This document shows, piece after piece, positions 9,238-21,579 of a stretch of DNA of 64,000 bases. The number at the start of each line of letters is the position of its first letter. Position 1 is the stretch's first letter. The position numbers were made by a program, and so were the translations under genes. Below the pieces are notes generated by a model. The model did no database searches, was not told where the DNA came from, and worked only from the letters and a program-made list of their open reading frames with translations. The DNA is taken from the IMG/VR virus record IMGVR_UViG_3300046742_000152, positions 1 to 64,000 of that record; one strand, written 5' to 3'. The stretch comes from an uncultured virus (IMG/VR IMGVR_UViG_3300046742_000152) (taxonomy: Duplodnaviria; Heunggongvirae; Uroviricota; Caudoviricetes).

Positions 9238-12200
9238 GTACTTCTTCTTTCATTTCTTTTTTTATTTCTTCGTATATTTTATATAATAAATCTTTTTGTG
9301 CGTGATAAATTGTGTTTTGCTCTTGCCAAGGGATTTCACCAAGTTCGCCATGAGTTTCGGGAAACTTTATTTGTTTATCAACATTTCTTACTGCATACAA
9401 TGCCATGTTGAATCCATGCTTTGCTCCACTATTAAATTCATCGTGTGCCATAATCAATACCAACAACTATAAAATACTCGATAACCTTTGTCAAGCATTT
9501 TATGTGCTTCTGCGACAAAATTCAAATCTTGCTCCTTATAATAGTATTCATTTTCGGGATATGGTTTATCATTTTCATCTCTCCAAAAATATGAATCACT
9601 ACCCCAAAAGAATCCATTTGCTTCGGGCAAATTAAAATTCACAATATCATCTTGCAAATCATAAAGGTCTGCCCTAGTTAATTGCAACTCAACACAATTA
9701 AAATCACCACTAAGGTCATTATCTTCTTCAGATGGTTTCCAATTTGGTCTGCCCTTAGCTTCCCATAAGTCTTCCATCCAACCTTGTAAACGATTATGTT
9801 TTCTCCAATCGCAAATTCCAATATCATCGTCACTATTTCTCTTGCGAGGTGGACGAGCAAAAGCAAACATATCTAATCCCATAATATTTTCTCCTTATTT
9901 ATTTTCATATTTAATTTTAAAACCAAGATCAGTTAAGCACAAAAGATCAACTCTGTCAAGACTTTTTCTGCGAGTTAATAAGTTAAGATTTTCTGCATGA
10001 TTAGACTTAACGACCCATAAACTATCTTTTCTGTTCTTGTATTTTTTTTCTTTTACTATAATTTCTTGATTCTTCATGCTAAAACAATAAAGTAAAAATT
10101 AACAGATGTCAAGGATTTAATCAGAATCTATGCTTAAAATAATTAAAACAAATAGCAAAATTAAGGTGCAACCAATAAAAACATTAACCGCATAAAAAAC
10201 ATCGGGTAAATTTTGCAACAATTTAGTCATCTTTGATATTTGTTGGATTTAATTGTTTATTTACATTATGTTGCATACGAAGCATAATGCCATCTACATA
10301 TCCAAGATTGTTAAAGTCTGCTTGTTCAATGTTTGCCCCATTCTCAAGATCGTCAAGTATATTCTCACAAGCACTAATAATATCATACAAATAATATTCT
10401 TCTTTACTTATGTCTTCTGCATTTGCTTCTTCTTTCATTTCTTTTAATTCTGCGTTTTTTATATATGGTTCATAACCTTTTATGTTTGGAATCATTAATA
10501 AAGTATCATGGTTACAATAAATTGGCATTATGCTACTAATAAATCTTCTTCAATTAATTCGCCATTCTTTGTAGGGATAACAACATCTACAAGGAAATCT
10601 CTGATCATTTCTGTTATTTGAACCAATTCGTGGAATTCGTCAAAGTCTAAAGCGTGAGCATCACCTTGTCCACCATAAGACATACGATAACCTTCTCGTA
10701 ATGGTGCAGTTTTACCTGTGCTTTTTCTGACCCAATTTCCTGTTTGAGGGCATTTAACATATTGCCAAGGCTGATGAAAAGAGTTAAGGTAAACCAAAAT
10801 ATCTAAAGCACCCTTTGGGTTGCCAACACTATCTTTTTTTTCTGTCCAATCAATAAAGTCAATATTAGCAGATGGAAAATCTGATTTAACATCGGTTAAT
10901 TGAACCATAATTCCTTTGTAGTTTTCTTTGGTATAATATGTATATGGTTGCCCACCAAATTGATTTGTTTGAGTTGCTTTGCAACCTGTTTTCTCGCACA
11001 TTTTTCGATCACGATCACTTTTGCTCTTCCATGATAAAATATGTTCAGAGGGTAAAACCTTCTTGACTAATTGATTGCTTTTAAAGATAACATTTTCGGG
11101 TGACCATGTTTTCCAACGGACATTTGTATTTGCAAAATAATTCATTTCGTCTCCTTTGTTTAATTATTAAAACTAAATCCTAAGAAACTTTTTCAACATT
11201 GTCAACAGAAAAATTTGCAAAATGATGTCCATGCTCATCGTAAAACGCTTGAACAACTTCAACTGCATCAAGCACATCGTTACTATTATCACCAAGAGCA
11301 GAGGTTTCTGCTTCATTTAAAACTAATTCTATCGCTTTTTCCAATTTCATTATTTTGTCTCCCAATTTTTTAATTTGCCAAAAGTTTGTTCCCACTCTTC
11401 TTTTATTTGAATGTTAGAGCATTCGTCAAGTGGTTCAACTCCGTATATTAACATATCAATTATGTCAGAAACATTCATGTTCATTGCCTCATATTCTGCA
11501 AGATCATATCTCATTTCGTCATAATCGGGATTACCTTCTCTTGATTCTCTTTGTGTGTTTCTCATATTTTAATCTCCTTCGTTGGTTGCTACTACCAATA
11601 GTTTGACATCTTCTCCATCTCCTGTCAACCCAAAAATATCAATACAGGCTTGAAAAATTTCTCCATCTTCGGGAGCAACACTAATCCATGCACAATTTTG
11701 CCCATTTTTTGTTGTAACTATATCCCACTCATGTTCAAGTAGTCTAGCTTTTTGATATTTAGTTAGTTTCATCTTCTAATTCTTCTAATTGTTTATATAA
11801 ATTATCTATATTTTTTTCTAATTCCATTATATATTTTATATTATGAGGTTCTTTAGCTTCAATATAATCTAATTCAATTTCTAATTTACGAATTTCTGTT
11901 TTTAATTCTTTATTATTCATATTTTCTGTCAAAATTTTTAGGCTCAAGCTCTTTCCAATCCACTTCATCAGCTTTTATTTTCCATGCAATATCTCCATTT
12001 GTAGGATCAGCATATTCAATATTAAAATCACAATCATCAAGAGTTTTGTAGGGATCATACTCTCTTACTATTTGCTCTGCTTCATCTCGACTTTCTGCTT
12101 CGACATAAAAGGCATTAATTATTTTAATACCAACACAATATTCTCTTTTTTTACTCATGCTTTTTTATTTTTATAATATTCTTGATCTAACAAATCATCT

Positions 12201-15200
12201 AATAAATGAACGATGCCCCAACCTAACTCTCTGTCTAATGGAACAGGTTGACCTTCTTTTTCTTCAGCGGGTTTAAAGTCATGCCATAAAATAGATAACA
12301 AGTGATCCCTTTGTTTTTCTAGTAACTGATAATCAATGTTCATAAGTCTCTATTTAAGTTATCAAGTTGTGCTTCATGTTTAAATTCACTACCCCATTCA
12401 TCAACAGATTTATCAGATAAATCACAAGCGATTTCTATATTGCTAACATTATGCCATGCTTCATCTGCATTAACACTACCATCGGGATTTCGACTTGGTT
12501 TTTTAAATTTTTTATTACAATTATCTTCTATATGATTGGAAATAATTAATATGTCATCAGCAATACAAGCTAGACGATGCCTAAGTTCAAAATTCTCTTG
12601 AAGCAATCTATCTATATTATTTTTAGATATACTTTTTTCTTCTTGCAATAGTTTCATGTGATCCATTGTCAATTTATATTCCTCTTCCGTTAGGTAAGAA
12701 TAACTATCTAAAAATTCTTGTTTAGTTAATCTATTAAAATCTACCATTTTTTCTTCGTCATCGCAAAAATGTCTAGCAGGGATGTTGCAAACATAATGTC
12801 CTTTTTTGGCTCTCTCCGCAAGAGTCATGTTTACTGAATCTTCGTAAGTTGGATAATCGTCTCCTATAATTTCTTTCATGCCTTTACCTTATATAAGTTA
12901 TTTATTATTGTCAAGCATTTATTTTTCGGGTGGAAATCTACCATAGTTCCCCATGCCATCGTAATCCATAGAGTCAGCATTAATTTCACTCATTATTTTG
13001 TTCATTTGTTTTTTGGATGAACGCATATTTTGTTTGCGATAAAACCAATTAATTATTGTGCGAATTATTTTCATGCTTATTCTCCTCTGATATATGCACC
13101 AAATTCATCATCATCCATATGCGATGTTCCACCAAGAGGATTGCAAGAAACAATATCCGCGTTCTCTTTCCATGCCTTACTAATTTCCCAATCACTATCT
13201 AATTGAGAGAAAGCCTTATTTTGGGCATCTTCGGGCGAATCTGCTACTATCTCAAAAGTACGATATGTCGTACTGCTCATTTCTACTTCGTATATTTTCT
13301 TTGTCATGGCTAAAATAGTAATATAGCTACTCTAGCTTGTCAAGCGTTTTTTTAAACTCTTCATAAGTTATAGCTTCGCTTTTTTCAAAATCTTCGCATG
13401 GTTTTGCGAATTTTATTTTATCTATTTCTAATATTTCTTTGCCATCAATAATGTGTTTATTTACATCGTGAATCATTAACTCTAAAGTATCAAGTAAATC
13501 TTTTGGGTCTTCACCAACAATTTCGGGTTCTTCGCTATGAGCGAAAATTTCTCCATCATCATTATACATAACTTCGTAAAGACCATAAGTATTTTTGTCT
13601 TTAATTATTCTATAATTCCACATTGATTATTCCTCGTACATATAAATTGGAGTAAATTCACCGACATAAGCACCCTCAATATTAAAATGAAAATACTCTA
13701 TCGCCTCTTCATTCGTCATGCCTTCGTTCATTAGTCCACCAATTATTTGGTCGGCAGAGTAAACAACTCTGCCGTCACTAGAATAACCCATGATAGCATG
13801 ATCGTGACCATCAGCGAATAATGCTTCGGGATTATATTCAGCAATCGTTTCCTTTAATTGTTCGACTCGTTCAGATCGAATTTTTCTAATTTTATCTATT
13901 GTATCCATGTTTTTGTTGTCGTTGCAGACGCAATTTTTATCTCTGCAAGCCATATTACGAATAATTATCTAGCAACCAATTCATGTAATTTTTAAGTTCA
14001 TAAAAAAATCTTTCAGAATTATCTTGTTTAAACCAAAACGATAAATTCTCAATTAAATCACCTGTCTGATCTGAAACTCTTTGTAACTCTTCAATAGAAA
14101 AGTTACTATTGTTAATAATATCTTCAAGAATAAGTTTATTTGCAGTTACGAGTGCTTCTATTTGTTTTTCATTCATGGGTTTCACCTACATAATCTCCGC
14201 TTGATAAAATAATGTCTTCAACTAATTGCATGGTTTCATTTTGCATGAAAGGTTCTAACTTGTCAAGCAATTTATTAGCAATCATTTCTTGAGCAGATTC
14301 AGATTGCAAATTAATTTGACAAGTACCTGTGTTGGCACAAGCTATTTCCTTTAAAGTATTAAGTATTATCTCTTTCATTGTTTATAGATATTTCAAGGGA
14401 TTTAACAAATTGATTCAATGTCTCTAACCTGCTTTCGGCATCATCTAATAATGATAGAGATTCTTCCGCATTTTTATAAAAATCAGTAGTTGAATGATCT
14501 CCGATACCAATTGGTATTTCCCCTAATAATTTCAAGCTTAATTTTGCTTTAGCTATATCAGCTTCCGCTGAAGTTTTTAACATATTATATAATTCTTTAT
14601 TCATTTCATTATTTTATTTTTCAATTTTATTTCTACACTCCCAATTTGATTTTACCATTTCTCTTTGCCTTCTAAGTTCATTGCCTTGATTTTTTAATAT
14701 TGCAATAGCTTTGTTTTCATTCATGTCACCATAAAGAACTTTTTGAACGCAAACTTGCACTTCTCTTGCGGTAACTCGATAGGGGAAGTTTCTATAAAGA
14801 AACTTATAAAACTTGCCACTTATTTTGCCGTGCTTTAGTTTTTTATGCAAGAATCTTCTGTAATTGCAGTTTTTAGTATTATGTATTGGTTTCATGATTT
14901 AATATATTTATTTGCCATTTTCGCAATCTTTATGCCATTCGGCTACATATTTATTTGAACCCCAAAACCCACACACGCAAGGTTTATTATCTTTTTGATT
15001 TGCTCCATCTTGATAACCCTTGTCGTAAGATTTATTTGCATTTTTACTTAATATTTTTTCAAATTTTTGAGAAAGATATTCTTGTGCATCAGCAAAACCT
15101 TTATCATAACCCCTTTGATAAGAGATTGATTCTGTTATTTCATCATTCATTTTCGTTTACCTTTGTTTTCAAATTTTCTCTTCCAATATTTTCCACAATC

Positions 15201-15877
15201 TCTTAATTGAGAATTTGCATCTCTAATATATTCTAATGTATCATTGATTAATTGTACTTGTGCGTCTAATGTTTGCGATTTGTTTTGATTTTTTATTTGA
15301 TCTAAAACTTCTTGAATAAAATTAATATACGGACAAGTATCGGGGGGTATTTCGGGTTCTTTATTATTTGGAAAAAGACTATTCACATCATGCCTTTGAT
15401 TTACGCAAAATGAATTATACGACTATTATCCTCTTTATCGTAATCATGAAATTCATTATGGAAATAAGGTATGGAAATTGGTTCATCTTTCTTGGAGAAT
15501 TTGGAATCTAAAACATTTTCCACAATTTTTTTACAAATAGATTTTTTTGTATAAGTTTTTTTAGAGAAAACCCATGATCCATTTTCAAACTTCATATCAC
15601 CATTATTTAATAATTCATTAAGTTCTTCAATAATTCCTCGATAAATATTGTGAGCGATTATAATTCCCACTTGCTTAAAATTAAATAAATCACTAAGCGA
15701 ATTATTAAAACAAGACTCATATTTAAAAAGAGTATCTTCAATTGCATTATTAAGCTCTAAAGTTTCATCACTAGCACTAAAGTAAAGTTCTTGAAACCAA
15801 GGATCATCTAATAAAAAGAGGATATGTTTAGATAATTCTTCTTTGAATTTATTTTTCTGTTTTCCTATTTCATTCAT
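9224..15877 (-). other. run of small early-type hypothetical CDSs: 9224-9451, 9895-10077, 10223-10528, 10528-11145, 11180-11350, 11350-11565, 11569-11772, 11759-11920, 11913-12158, 12155-12343, 12340-12879, 12919-13074, 13077-13307, 13327-13623, 13627-13953, 13955-14185, 14169-14378, 14359-14604, 14614-14895, 14908-15150, 15147-15386, 15401-15877
   Basis: Tiled minus-strand ORFs; several carry recurrent phage motifs (MWNYRII, ALFADGHDHAIMG, IGIGDHS, DYDGMGNYGRFP, PPDTCPYI). Confidence 0.75.
9454..9882 (-). CDS. conserved phage protein (MGLDM... family)
   Basis: MGLDM start, WRKHN.LQGWM, GFFWG, C-terminal VFYSCWY. Confidence 0.75.
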   Translation of the reverse strand: MGLDMFAFARPPRKRNSDDDIGICDWRKHNRLQGWMEDLWEAKGRPNWKPSEEDNDLSGDFNCVELQLTRADLYDLQDDIVNFNLPEANGFFWGSDSYFWRDENDKPYPENEYYYKEQDLNFVAEAHKMLDKGYRVFYSCWY

Positions 15878-16017
15878 ATTTTTTATATTTCCATACTTTT
15901 GCGTCTTTGTCAAGATTGCAACTCAAACCCATTATTCTATTGTATAGAGGATATAGCCAAGCAAAGCAATTATAATAAAATAATTTACTAATTAAGTCTC
16001 CAATGTGATATAATATT

Positions 16018-16308
16018 TTACTTAGGATCAACCTCATTAAATTTAGCTTTGATTGCTTCCTCGCAAAGTTCATTAAATGTAATACCTTTTTCGTGTGCAA
16101 CCATCATATATTTGAGCAATTGTTCGTCATCAAATTCTAGCTCCACGCTTTCATATTTGACTTTACGAATTAAAACCGAACCATTTTTCTCTTCAAATTT
16201 TAAATCATCACCTTCCTTCCAACCCAATCTTTCAAGAACATCGTTAGGGATAGTAAAAAACAAATCACCATCAGAGGTTTCTTTTAATATCACTTCTTTT
16301 TCAATCAT
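16018..16308 (-). CDS. AbrB/MazE-family DNA-binding protein
   Basis: FTIPNDVLERLGWKEGDDLKF..GSVLIRK swapped-hairpin motif. Confidence 0.8.
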   Translation of the reverse strand: MIEKEVILKETSDGDLFFTIPNDVLERLGWKEGDDLKFEEKNGSVLIRKVKYESVELEFDDEQLLKYMMVAHEKGITFNELCEEAIKAKFNEVDPK

Positions 16309-17769
16309 TGTGATCTCGATCTTATTGAAGAGATGATACATTTTGCACCATGCTCGTTTTCTGTCATTAATGCCTCGCCATTCGTAAGCATAATTTTATA
16401 CATCATTTTACCCATGTGCATTCTTTCTTTTACATAAACAACTTGCTTAGGATTTATATGATATTTTTCTTGATTAGCGTCTTCTATTTGAATCATAATT
16501 TTATTCAGTCATATTTTTATATAAATTATCTTGAAAATCTTGAACTTTGCGATGGTGTAACGCTTCATCCCAACCTTTGGTGTAACCATCATTGTATCTG
16601 CTATCTTTTAAATGACCTTGCGTATTATCATTTCTTTCTTCTTCAGTAAACCATTGATAGTCTGTATTGAACATATCATCTACATTGCTTGGGTGAAATC
16701 CTGCATTGACGAGCAAACCTTTAAATTGTTCTACTAATTCATTAAGATTTGTGCCGTCAAATGATTCGTCCGAATCAATACTATAAGTTTTTTTGTGCAA
16801 TGTAAGTGATAGTTTCATAATTAGTTCCAATCAAAGTCTATATTATAACCCACCGCTCTACGCTTGTCAAGTTTTTTCGATGGACAAGTTACTTCAATGC
16901 AAATATCTCTGCAAAGATGATCATCTTCTAAGATTGGAGAGCCTTCTTTATCCATCTCTTCTACCCAATCTATATTGAGATCGTTAGACGCAAAGAGATC
17001 ATATTCTGATCTGTCATCTAACCACATAATCGGGGTAGACCAATTGTCTGTATCATCTTCTTGCCTGATCGTCAACCAACTTTCTGAATAAGCATTTGAG
17101 ATTTCATTTGTATTTGAAATATGTTTTGATGGCAAACGATTTCGATTATATTGCTCTACCAACCAACTTTCTGACCTATTTTGCGTATTCATATTCATGT
17201 TCCATTAATTCTTTAATTTGATCTCTTGCATTTGCCCAATAAAAACTTTTCATCTCATCGGTTTGACCATATTGCTCTGCTTGAATCATTTTCATGCCAT
17301 AATCATGCCATACCTTGCATATTTTGTCAATATTTTTATCATCGGGTTTTACACTATAATGATTCCAACATCTTTCTCCATCAGCAGTTTCTGTCTCTAT
17401 CCATTCAGCAGGAAAACCTTGGGAGAAATACATTAAATTATTGTCTTTAGCGAACTCAAGAGCAAGAGATACAAAACTATCTTCTACTTCATGCGACTCA
17501 TAAAGATCAGCATCTTCATACCAAGAATCATAAACACTAATCTCAAATTGAAAAGTATCTATAATTGCAACATATTCTTGCTCAAACTTTTGTCGATTGT
17601 CGTCACCATGTTCTAATATGTCGAGAGTATGAGCTTTGCCATACCATTTCATGTGTCTCATGACTCTACTATTGTAGATGATCTTTTGAAACTCTTCAAG
17701 GAGTTCCGCATTAGACTTGTCCGTAAGGGGCGTTCTTCTAAAACTAACTGATAAACCTTCTCCGCTCAT
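16305..17769 (-). other. hypothetical CDSs 16305-16496, 16501-16818, 16821-17198, 17176-17769 (also 15870-16037)
   Basis: Tiled minus-strand ORFs. Confidence 0.7.
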
Positions 17770-17803
17770 AATAACAACAGATTAAAGCAAGCAAACAATT
17801 ATG

Positions 17804-18106
17804 TCAAGCTATTAAATCAGATTCTTTTACGAAAACACCATCAACCATCTTGCCTTTACGATCTTTTATATCCTCATAAGCAACCTTGAGACAATCTTCA
17901 AGGGAGACTTGATTTCTTTCACAAATGTTGATCATTACTACTAGCATATCTCCAATGTCGTCAAGAATAGGTTTTTCTTTGCATACAGAATCTGAAAGTT
18001 CCCCAAGTTCTTGTAATAACTTTAAAGTTTGAGTTTTATCGTCAGACCCATCAATGAGGTTACGATCTTTGTGCCATTGTATTATTTTATCTATTGTATT
18101 TTGCAT
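17804..18106 (-). CDS. mazG: MazG-like nucleotide pyrophosphohydrolase
   Basis: QTLKLLQELGEL..DDIGDMLV..LEDCLKVAYEDIKDRKGKMVDGVFVKE. Confidence 0.9.
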   Translation of the reverse strand: MQNTIDKIIQWHKDRNLIDGSDDKTQTLKLLQELGELSDSVCKEKPILDDIGDMLVVMINICERNQVSLEDCLKVAYEDIKDRKGKMVDGVFVKESDLIA

Positions 18107-18107
18107 A

Positions 18108-18239
18108 TTAAAATGAATATATTAAAAAATAAATTATAAAAAAAAGAATTGAAAGCTCAATAATAAGATAATCATTATAAGTAATAATATTAGCCAATCT
18201 GTTATACGCATTATTTATTAATTTCCAAAAAAATTGCAC
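18108..18239 (-). CDS. small membrane protein (43 aa, GTG start)
   Basis: Manually translated; GTG lies 14 nt after GTGTAA; hydrophobic C-terminus. Confidence 0.45.
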   Translation of the reverse strand: MQFFWKLINNAYNRLANIITYNDYLIIELSILFFIIYFLIYSF

Positions 18240-18247
18240 AAAATATA

Positions 18248-18637
18248 TTACACAAAATCTTGAAAAACTATTTCTCTTTTTCCATCTTTATTATAATTAA
18301 ATAAATATTGTGTTCTATCTGTATCTATTTGATGATAAGGATTGTCTTTAGTTGGTGGATCAACCGCATAGCAAGCAATGTCCCATGACCATTCACTTGG
18401 GTCACCATATTTAAACTCACCATCCTCGGTAAATTCTCCAACATCATCACCACAATAAATGTTGTAGTCTACAAAAGTGCCATCTTCTAATTTGTAACTA
18501 TTCCAATAGTCAAAGTTATCTCCTTCAGTTTCAACTTCGGGATTAAGTTCGACTTTTTTAATATGAGTCATCGCTAGGTCAATAATTGCTAACGCAACTT
18601 CTCTAGGAGCTTGCCAAGGTTTTTCTAATTCAATCAT
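18248..18637 (-). CDS. acidic hypothetical protein
   Basis: 129-aa ORF. Confidence 0.75.
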   Translation of the reverse strand: MIELEKPWQAPREVALAIIDLAMTHIKKVELNPEVETEGDNFDYWNSYKLEDGTFVDYNIYCGDDVGEFTEDGEFKYGDPSEWSWDIACYAVDPPTKDNPYHQIDTDRTQYLFNYNKDGKREIVFQDFV

Positions 18638-18642
18638 TATTT

Positions 18643-18900
18643 TTATTTTTTTAATGTTCCATCTCCGTACAGACTTTGGACTATAGGGTCATTATTTGTA
18701 TTGCATTTGTTTCTATTGGCTTCATATTCTTGCCACATCATTTCACAACGAGTTTTATGTAGCTGATTCATGCCAATGAGCATATTTAATAATTCATCTT
18801 CTGTATATTTTCGAGGTGCATCTCCGATAGCATAGATGAGTGCATCAATGTCATCTTGAATGTTGGACATATTGCCCATTGCTTCTTCTAATTTATTCAT
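18643..18900 (-). CDS. hypothetical protein
   Basis: 85-aa ORF. Confidence 0.7.
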   Translation of the reverse strand: MNKLEEAMGNMSNIQDDIDALIYAIGDAPRKYTEDELLNMLIGMNQLHKTRCEMMWQEYEANRNKCNTNNDPIVQSLYGDGTLKK

Positions 18901-19384
18901 GGTATCTAACTATATATGTTTGAAAGCGTCTGTCAACTAAAATATAATTTAACATTGAGAAAATAATTCCCCAACTGCCTCCCGCAAGTCCACAAGAAAT
19001 CATCCAAGGTAAACCAAAAGTAGAAGTTGTACCATCGTGTTCATCTTGCCATTCAATATGATTTGCGACATTCTCTAAAGTTAAGTAAAAACCTTCATAA
19101 TCAACTGCTCTTTGTCCACCTATTCTGTCTTGAGTGTACATATTGTATATACCTTTACTTTGGGTAGCATCAGTCCAAGCAAAACTAAAGCTCCCCAAGC
19201 CTACTTGGTCTTCGTACATTGCATGACGATCAGCTTCATATGCCATAGGGTATCGGTCTTTTATTTGCCTAGCGATACCTGCACCCATGATATTTTGCGT
19301 GTTGCACGAATGGGCTATGAAATTTATATCATTAGGAAAGTCAAGAAGATTACCTTCTATTATTTTTATATTACTTTTTTGCAT
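18893..19384 (-). CDS. macrodomain (ADP-ribose binding/hydrolase) protein
   Basis: IEGNLL, IAHSCN..MGAGIA, YNMYTQ, PWMISCGLAGGSW. Confidence 0.9.
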   Translation of the reverse strand: MQKSNIKIIEGNLLDFPNDINFIAHSCNTQNIMGAGIARQIKDRYPMAYEADRHAMYEDQVGLGSFSFAWTDATQSKGIYNMYTQDRIGGQRAVDYEGFYLTLENVANHIEWQDEHDGTTSTFGLPWMISCGLAGGSWGIIFSMLNYILVDRRFQTYIVRYHE

Positions 19385-19793
19385 TAGCTCTTTTTTCTCT
19401 AAGAAAATCTGAAGCAATTCCTTGCTCTTTATAATGCGAGTTGCTATCGCTAGGATAGTGTTTTGTTTCAGTTTTAAATCCTCTTGAAGGAGCGTATTTA
19501 GGCTTTAATGAGGCTATTAATTTTCTTCCTGCTGTGCTATAAGGGTTAGGTATAACAACATTTGGTTTTTTGGGATGAATCATATATCCCTCTTTAATTA
19601 AATCAAGCATTGGATGACCGATAGGCAATACCCATTGTCCGTATTCATTTTTAATAGCCCCAAAAGTATCCTTGGTAACTTTACAAGGATTGTAAACTTC
19701 ACCTTCGACAAAGCCAAATTTTTCATCTTTGTGGTTGCCAAAGCAAAAACTGAAACTAATAAGCAAAACTATGTTTAGTATATTTTTCATCAT
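19371..19793 (-). CDS. hypothetical exported protein
   Basis: Signal-like N-terminus; leaderless promoter upstream. Confidence 0.65.
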   Translation of the reverse strand: MMKNILNIVLLISFSFCFGNHKDEKFGFVEGEVYNPCKVTKDTFGAIKNEYGQWVLPIGHPMLDLIKEGYMIHPKKPNVVIPNPYSTAGRKLIASLKPKYAPSRGFKTETKHYPSDSNSHYKEQGIASDFLREKRANAKK

Positions 19794-19817
19794 GGTATCA
19801 ACTTAAATCAAAAAAAA

Positions 19818-20369
19818 TTAAATGTCAAGCCTTAAAGGTATGATTGGCTTGCCATTTTCATCTTTATCTAGCACTCTCACAATCTTTGCTTTGTTTGAAT
19901 CAGCAACAAAGATATTCGGATGGTCATCTGCATTAAGTATTCTTTTTAGATTATTTGGATTTATTTCAACACACTCTAACAAATCTTTGCCATTATGCTT
20001 GTGTAGATCATAAGATTTTGGGTATAATCCTTCTTCTTGATTTAAGTAGCAAATAATTCTTCCATATTTTAATCGAGCTTTACTTTTATAAGATATATAG
20101 TTGCCTATTTCAAAAGATTTCTTCTCAAAAAGTTTTTGACGCGGGACATAATACTTAGTATTATCCCTTTTAATTTTAAATACTTTATGCTGACCAAAAA
20201 GATTCTCTATCGGTAGAAGAGTTCTAGGATGAACTAAAATACATTCAAGGGTTGGATTTGTTTTGCTATCGTCAAGAATAGTTACTATCTGACCAACTCG
20301 CCTTTTTATTTTTAAAGCTCTCTCTTTAATGTGATCGCCAACTTCTAATTTATTTAAATTTTTTTTCAT
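19818..20369 (-). CDS. hypothetical protein with two similar SH3/KOW-like halves
   Basis: LEVGDHI..GQIV..LECILVHPRTL vs FEIGNYI..GRII..LECVEINPNNL. Confidence 0.7.
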   Translation of the reverse strand: MKKNLNKLEVGDHIKERALKIKRRVGQIVTILDDSKTNPTLECILVHPRTLLPIENLFGQHKVFKIKRDNTKYYVPRQKLFEKKSFEIGNYISYKSKARLKYGRIICYLNQEEGLYPKSYDLHKHNGKDLLECVEINPNNLKRILNADDHPNIFVADSNKAKIVRVLDKDENGKPIIPLRLDI

Positions 20370-21370
20370 GCCATTTGTTCTTGTAAAAGTTTAATTGCTT
20401 TATCTTTTTGTTTAACTTCACACTCCCATTTAACTTGCTCATCGGGGTCAATGGCAATAATAGGTGGAATATGACCGAGGGCAAAGTAATCTGCATGAGA
20501 GCGAGGTTTACTTGGGTTACCTTCCGACCAATGGAAGACAGGAGCAATGAAATTAGAAACAATATCTTCACTTTGCTTCTGATTGACCCATGTATAAGCA
20601 CATCTTTCTGCTTGATAATTTATACTTTCAACCTCTGAGGGGTTGCAAAAATCATGTAAATTATCGTAACAAACAGGAATGCTTACTCCCCACATATTAA
20701 ATAAATAATCACTAAATTTAATGCAGTTATCTACATTGAAGAAGCCTTTATCTTCGTTTTCGATAGTTAATCGTTTGTAAACACCTGCATCACACATAGA
20801 AAGATTACGAAAAAATCTAGTAGCAACTATCTCTAAGGTTTCATCTATTTTTGGAGTATAGTTGACATGAATATTCATCGGAGCAGTATGATCTTGAGGT
20901 AAGCCGACCATATCAAGGACACTTGCTTGAAAATTAAGTTCATTTATCGTGCGATTAACTTTTTCTCTATCGGGAGATGCGAGAACATTAAATTGATCGG
21001 GGTGAGAACCAATTGATATATCAAACTTTTTAGCAATTAAACCTACTAGCTCTAAGCCTTTTTCTATTCTTGCTTTGTGAGGCAAATCTCCAAGAGAAAT
21101 GTCCAAAGTTTGGTCGGTAAGGAGAGGAAAAAGAGCAGAACTAAGACGATAATGCCCAATATTTGAGGAATTGCAATGATTGACAATATATTCAGTAACA
21201 ACAACATTGTGCAAAATTCTTTCAGATAATTGATTGACCGCTTCATCTCTACCTTCTTGGTTACACAAATCATTGAAGCGTTTGCGAGTCATTGTGCGAA
21301 AAGAATATTTTTTCTTGTCCTTATCTTTTAACTCTTCACTAATGCAAGTTAAACCTAGTATAGTATCCAT
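20366..21370 (-). CDS. uvsE: UV damage endonuclease UvsE/UvdE
   Basis: YRLSSALFP, SHPDQFNVLAS, NIHV, RLTIENED, YDNLH, FHWSE, RSHADY, ECEVKQKDKA. Confidence 0.92.
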   Translation of the reverse strand: MDTILGLTCISEELKDKDKKKYSFRTMTRKRFNDLCNQEGRDEAVNQLSERILHNVVVTEYIVNHCNSSNIGHYRLSSALFPLLTDQTLDISLGDLPHKARIEKGLELVGLIAKKFDISIGSHPDQFNVLASPDREKVNRTINELNFQASVLDMVGLPQDHTAPMNIHVNYTPKIDETLEIVATRFFRNLSMCDAGVYKRLTIENEDKGFFNVDNCIKFSDYLFNMWGVSIPVCYDNLHDFCNPSEVESINYQAERCAYTWVNQKQSEDIVSNFIAPVFHWSEGNPSKPRSHADYFALGHIPPIIAIDPDEQVKWECEVKQKDKAIKLLQEQMA

Positions 21371-21388
21371 GTCTGAAATATAGTATAT

Positions 21389-21577
21389 TTAGGATTGTGA
21401 GTCAAGATATTTTTTTAAAATATTTAAATACTTTTCAACATCTTTAATTTCATTGGATATTTTATCTAAATTATTTTTATTAACTTTATTTACCGCATGA
21501 ATTAATTCAAGAGATAATTCATTGAGTTCTTCCACTAATTTTAGAAAATTATGTTGAGTTTCCGAGTTTAGTTTCAT
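21389..21577 (-). CDS. small MazG-like/hypothetical protein
   Basis: LKLVEELNEL..EIKDV helical pattern. Confidence 0.5.
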   Translation of the reverse strand: MKLNSETQHNFLKLVEELNELSLELIHAVNKVNKNNLDKISNEIKDVEKYLNILKKYLDSQS

Positions 21578-21579
21578 AT

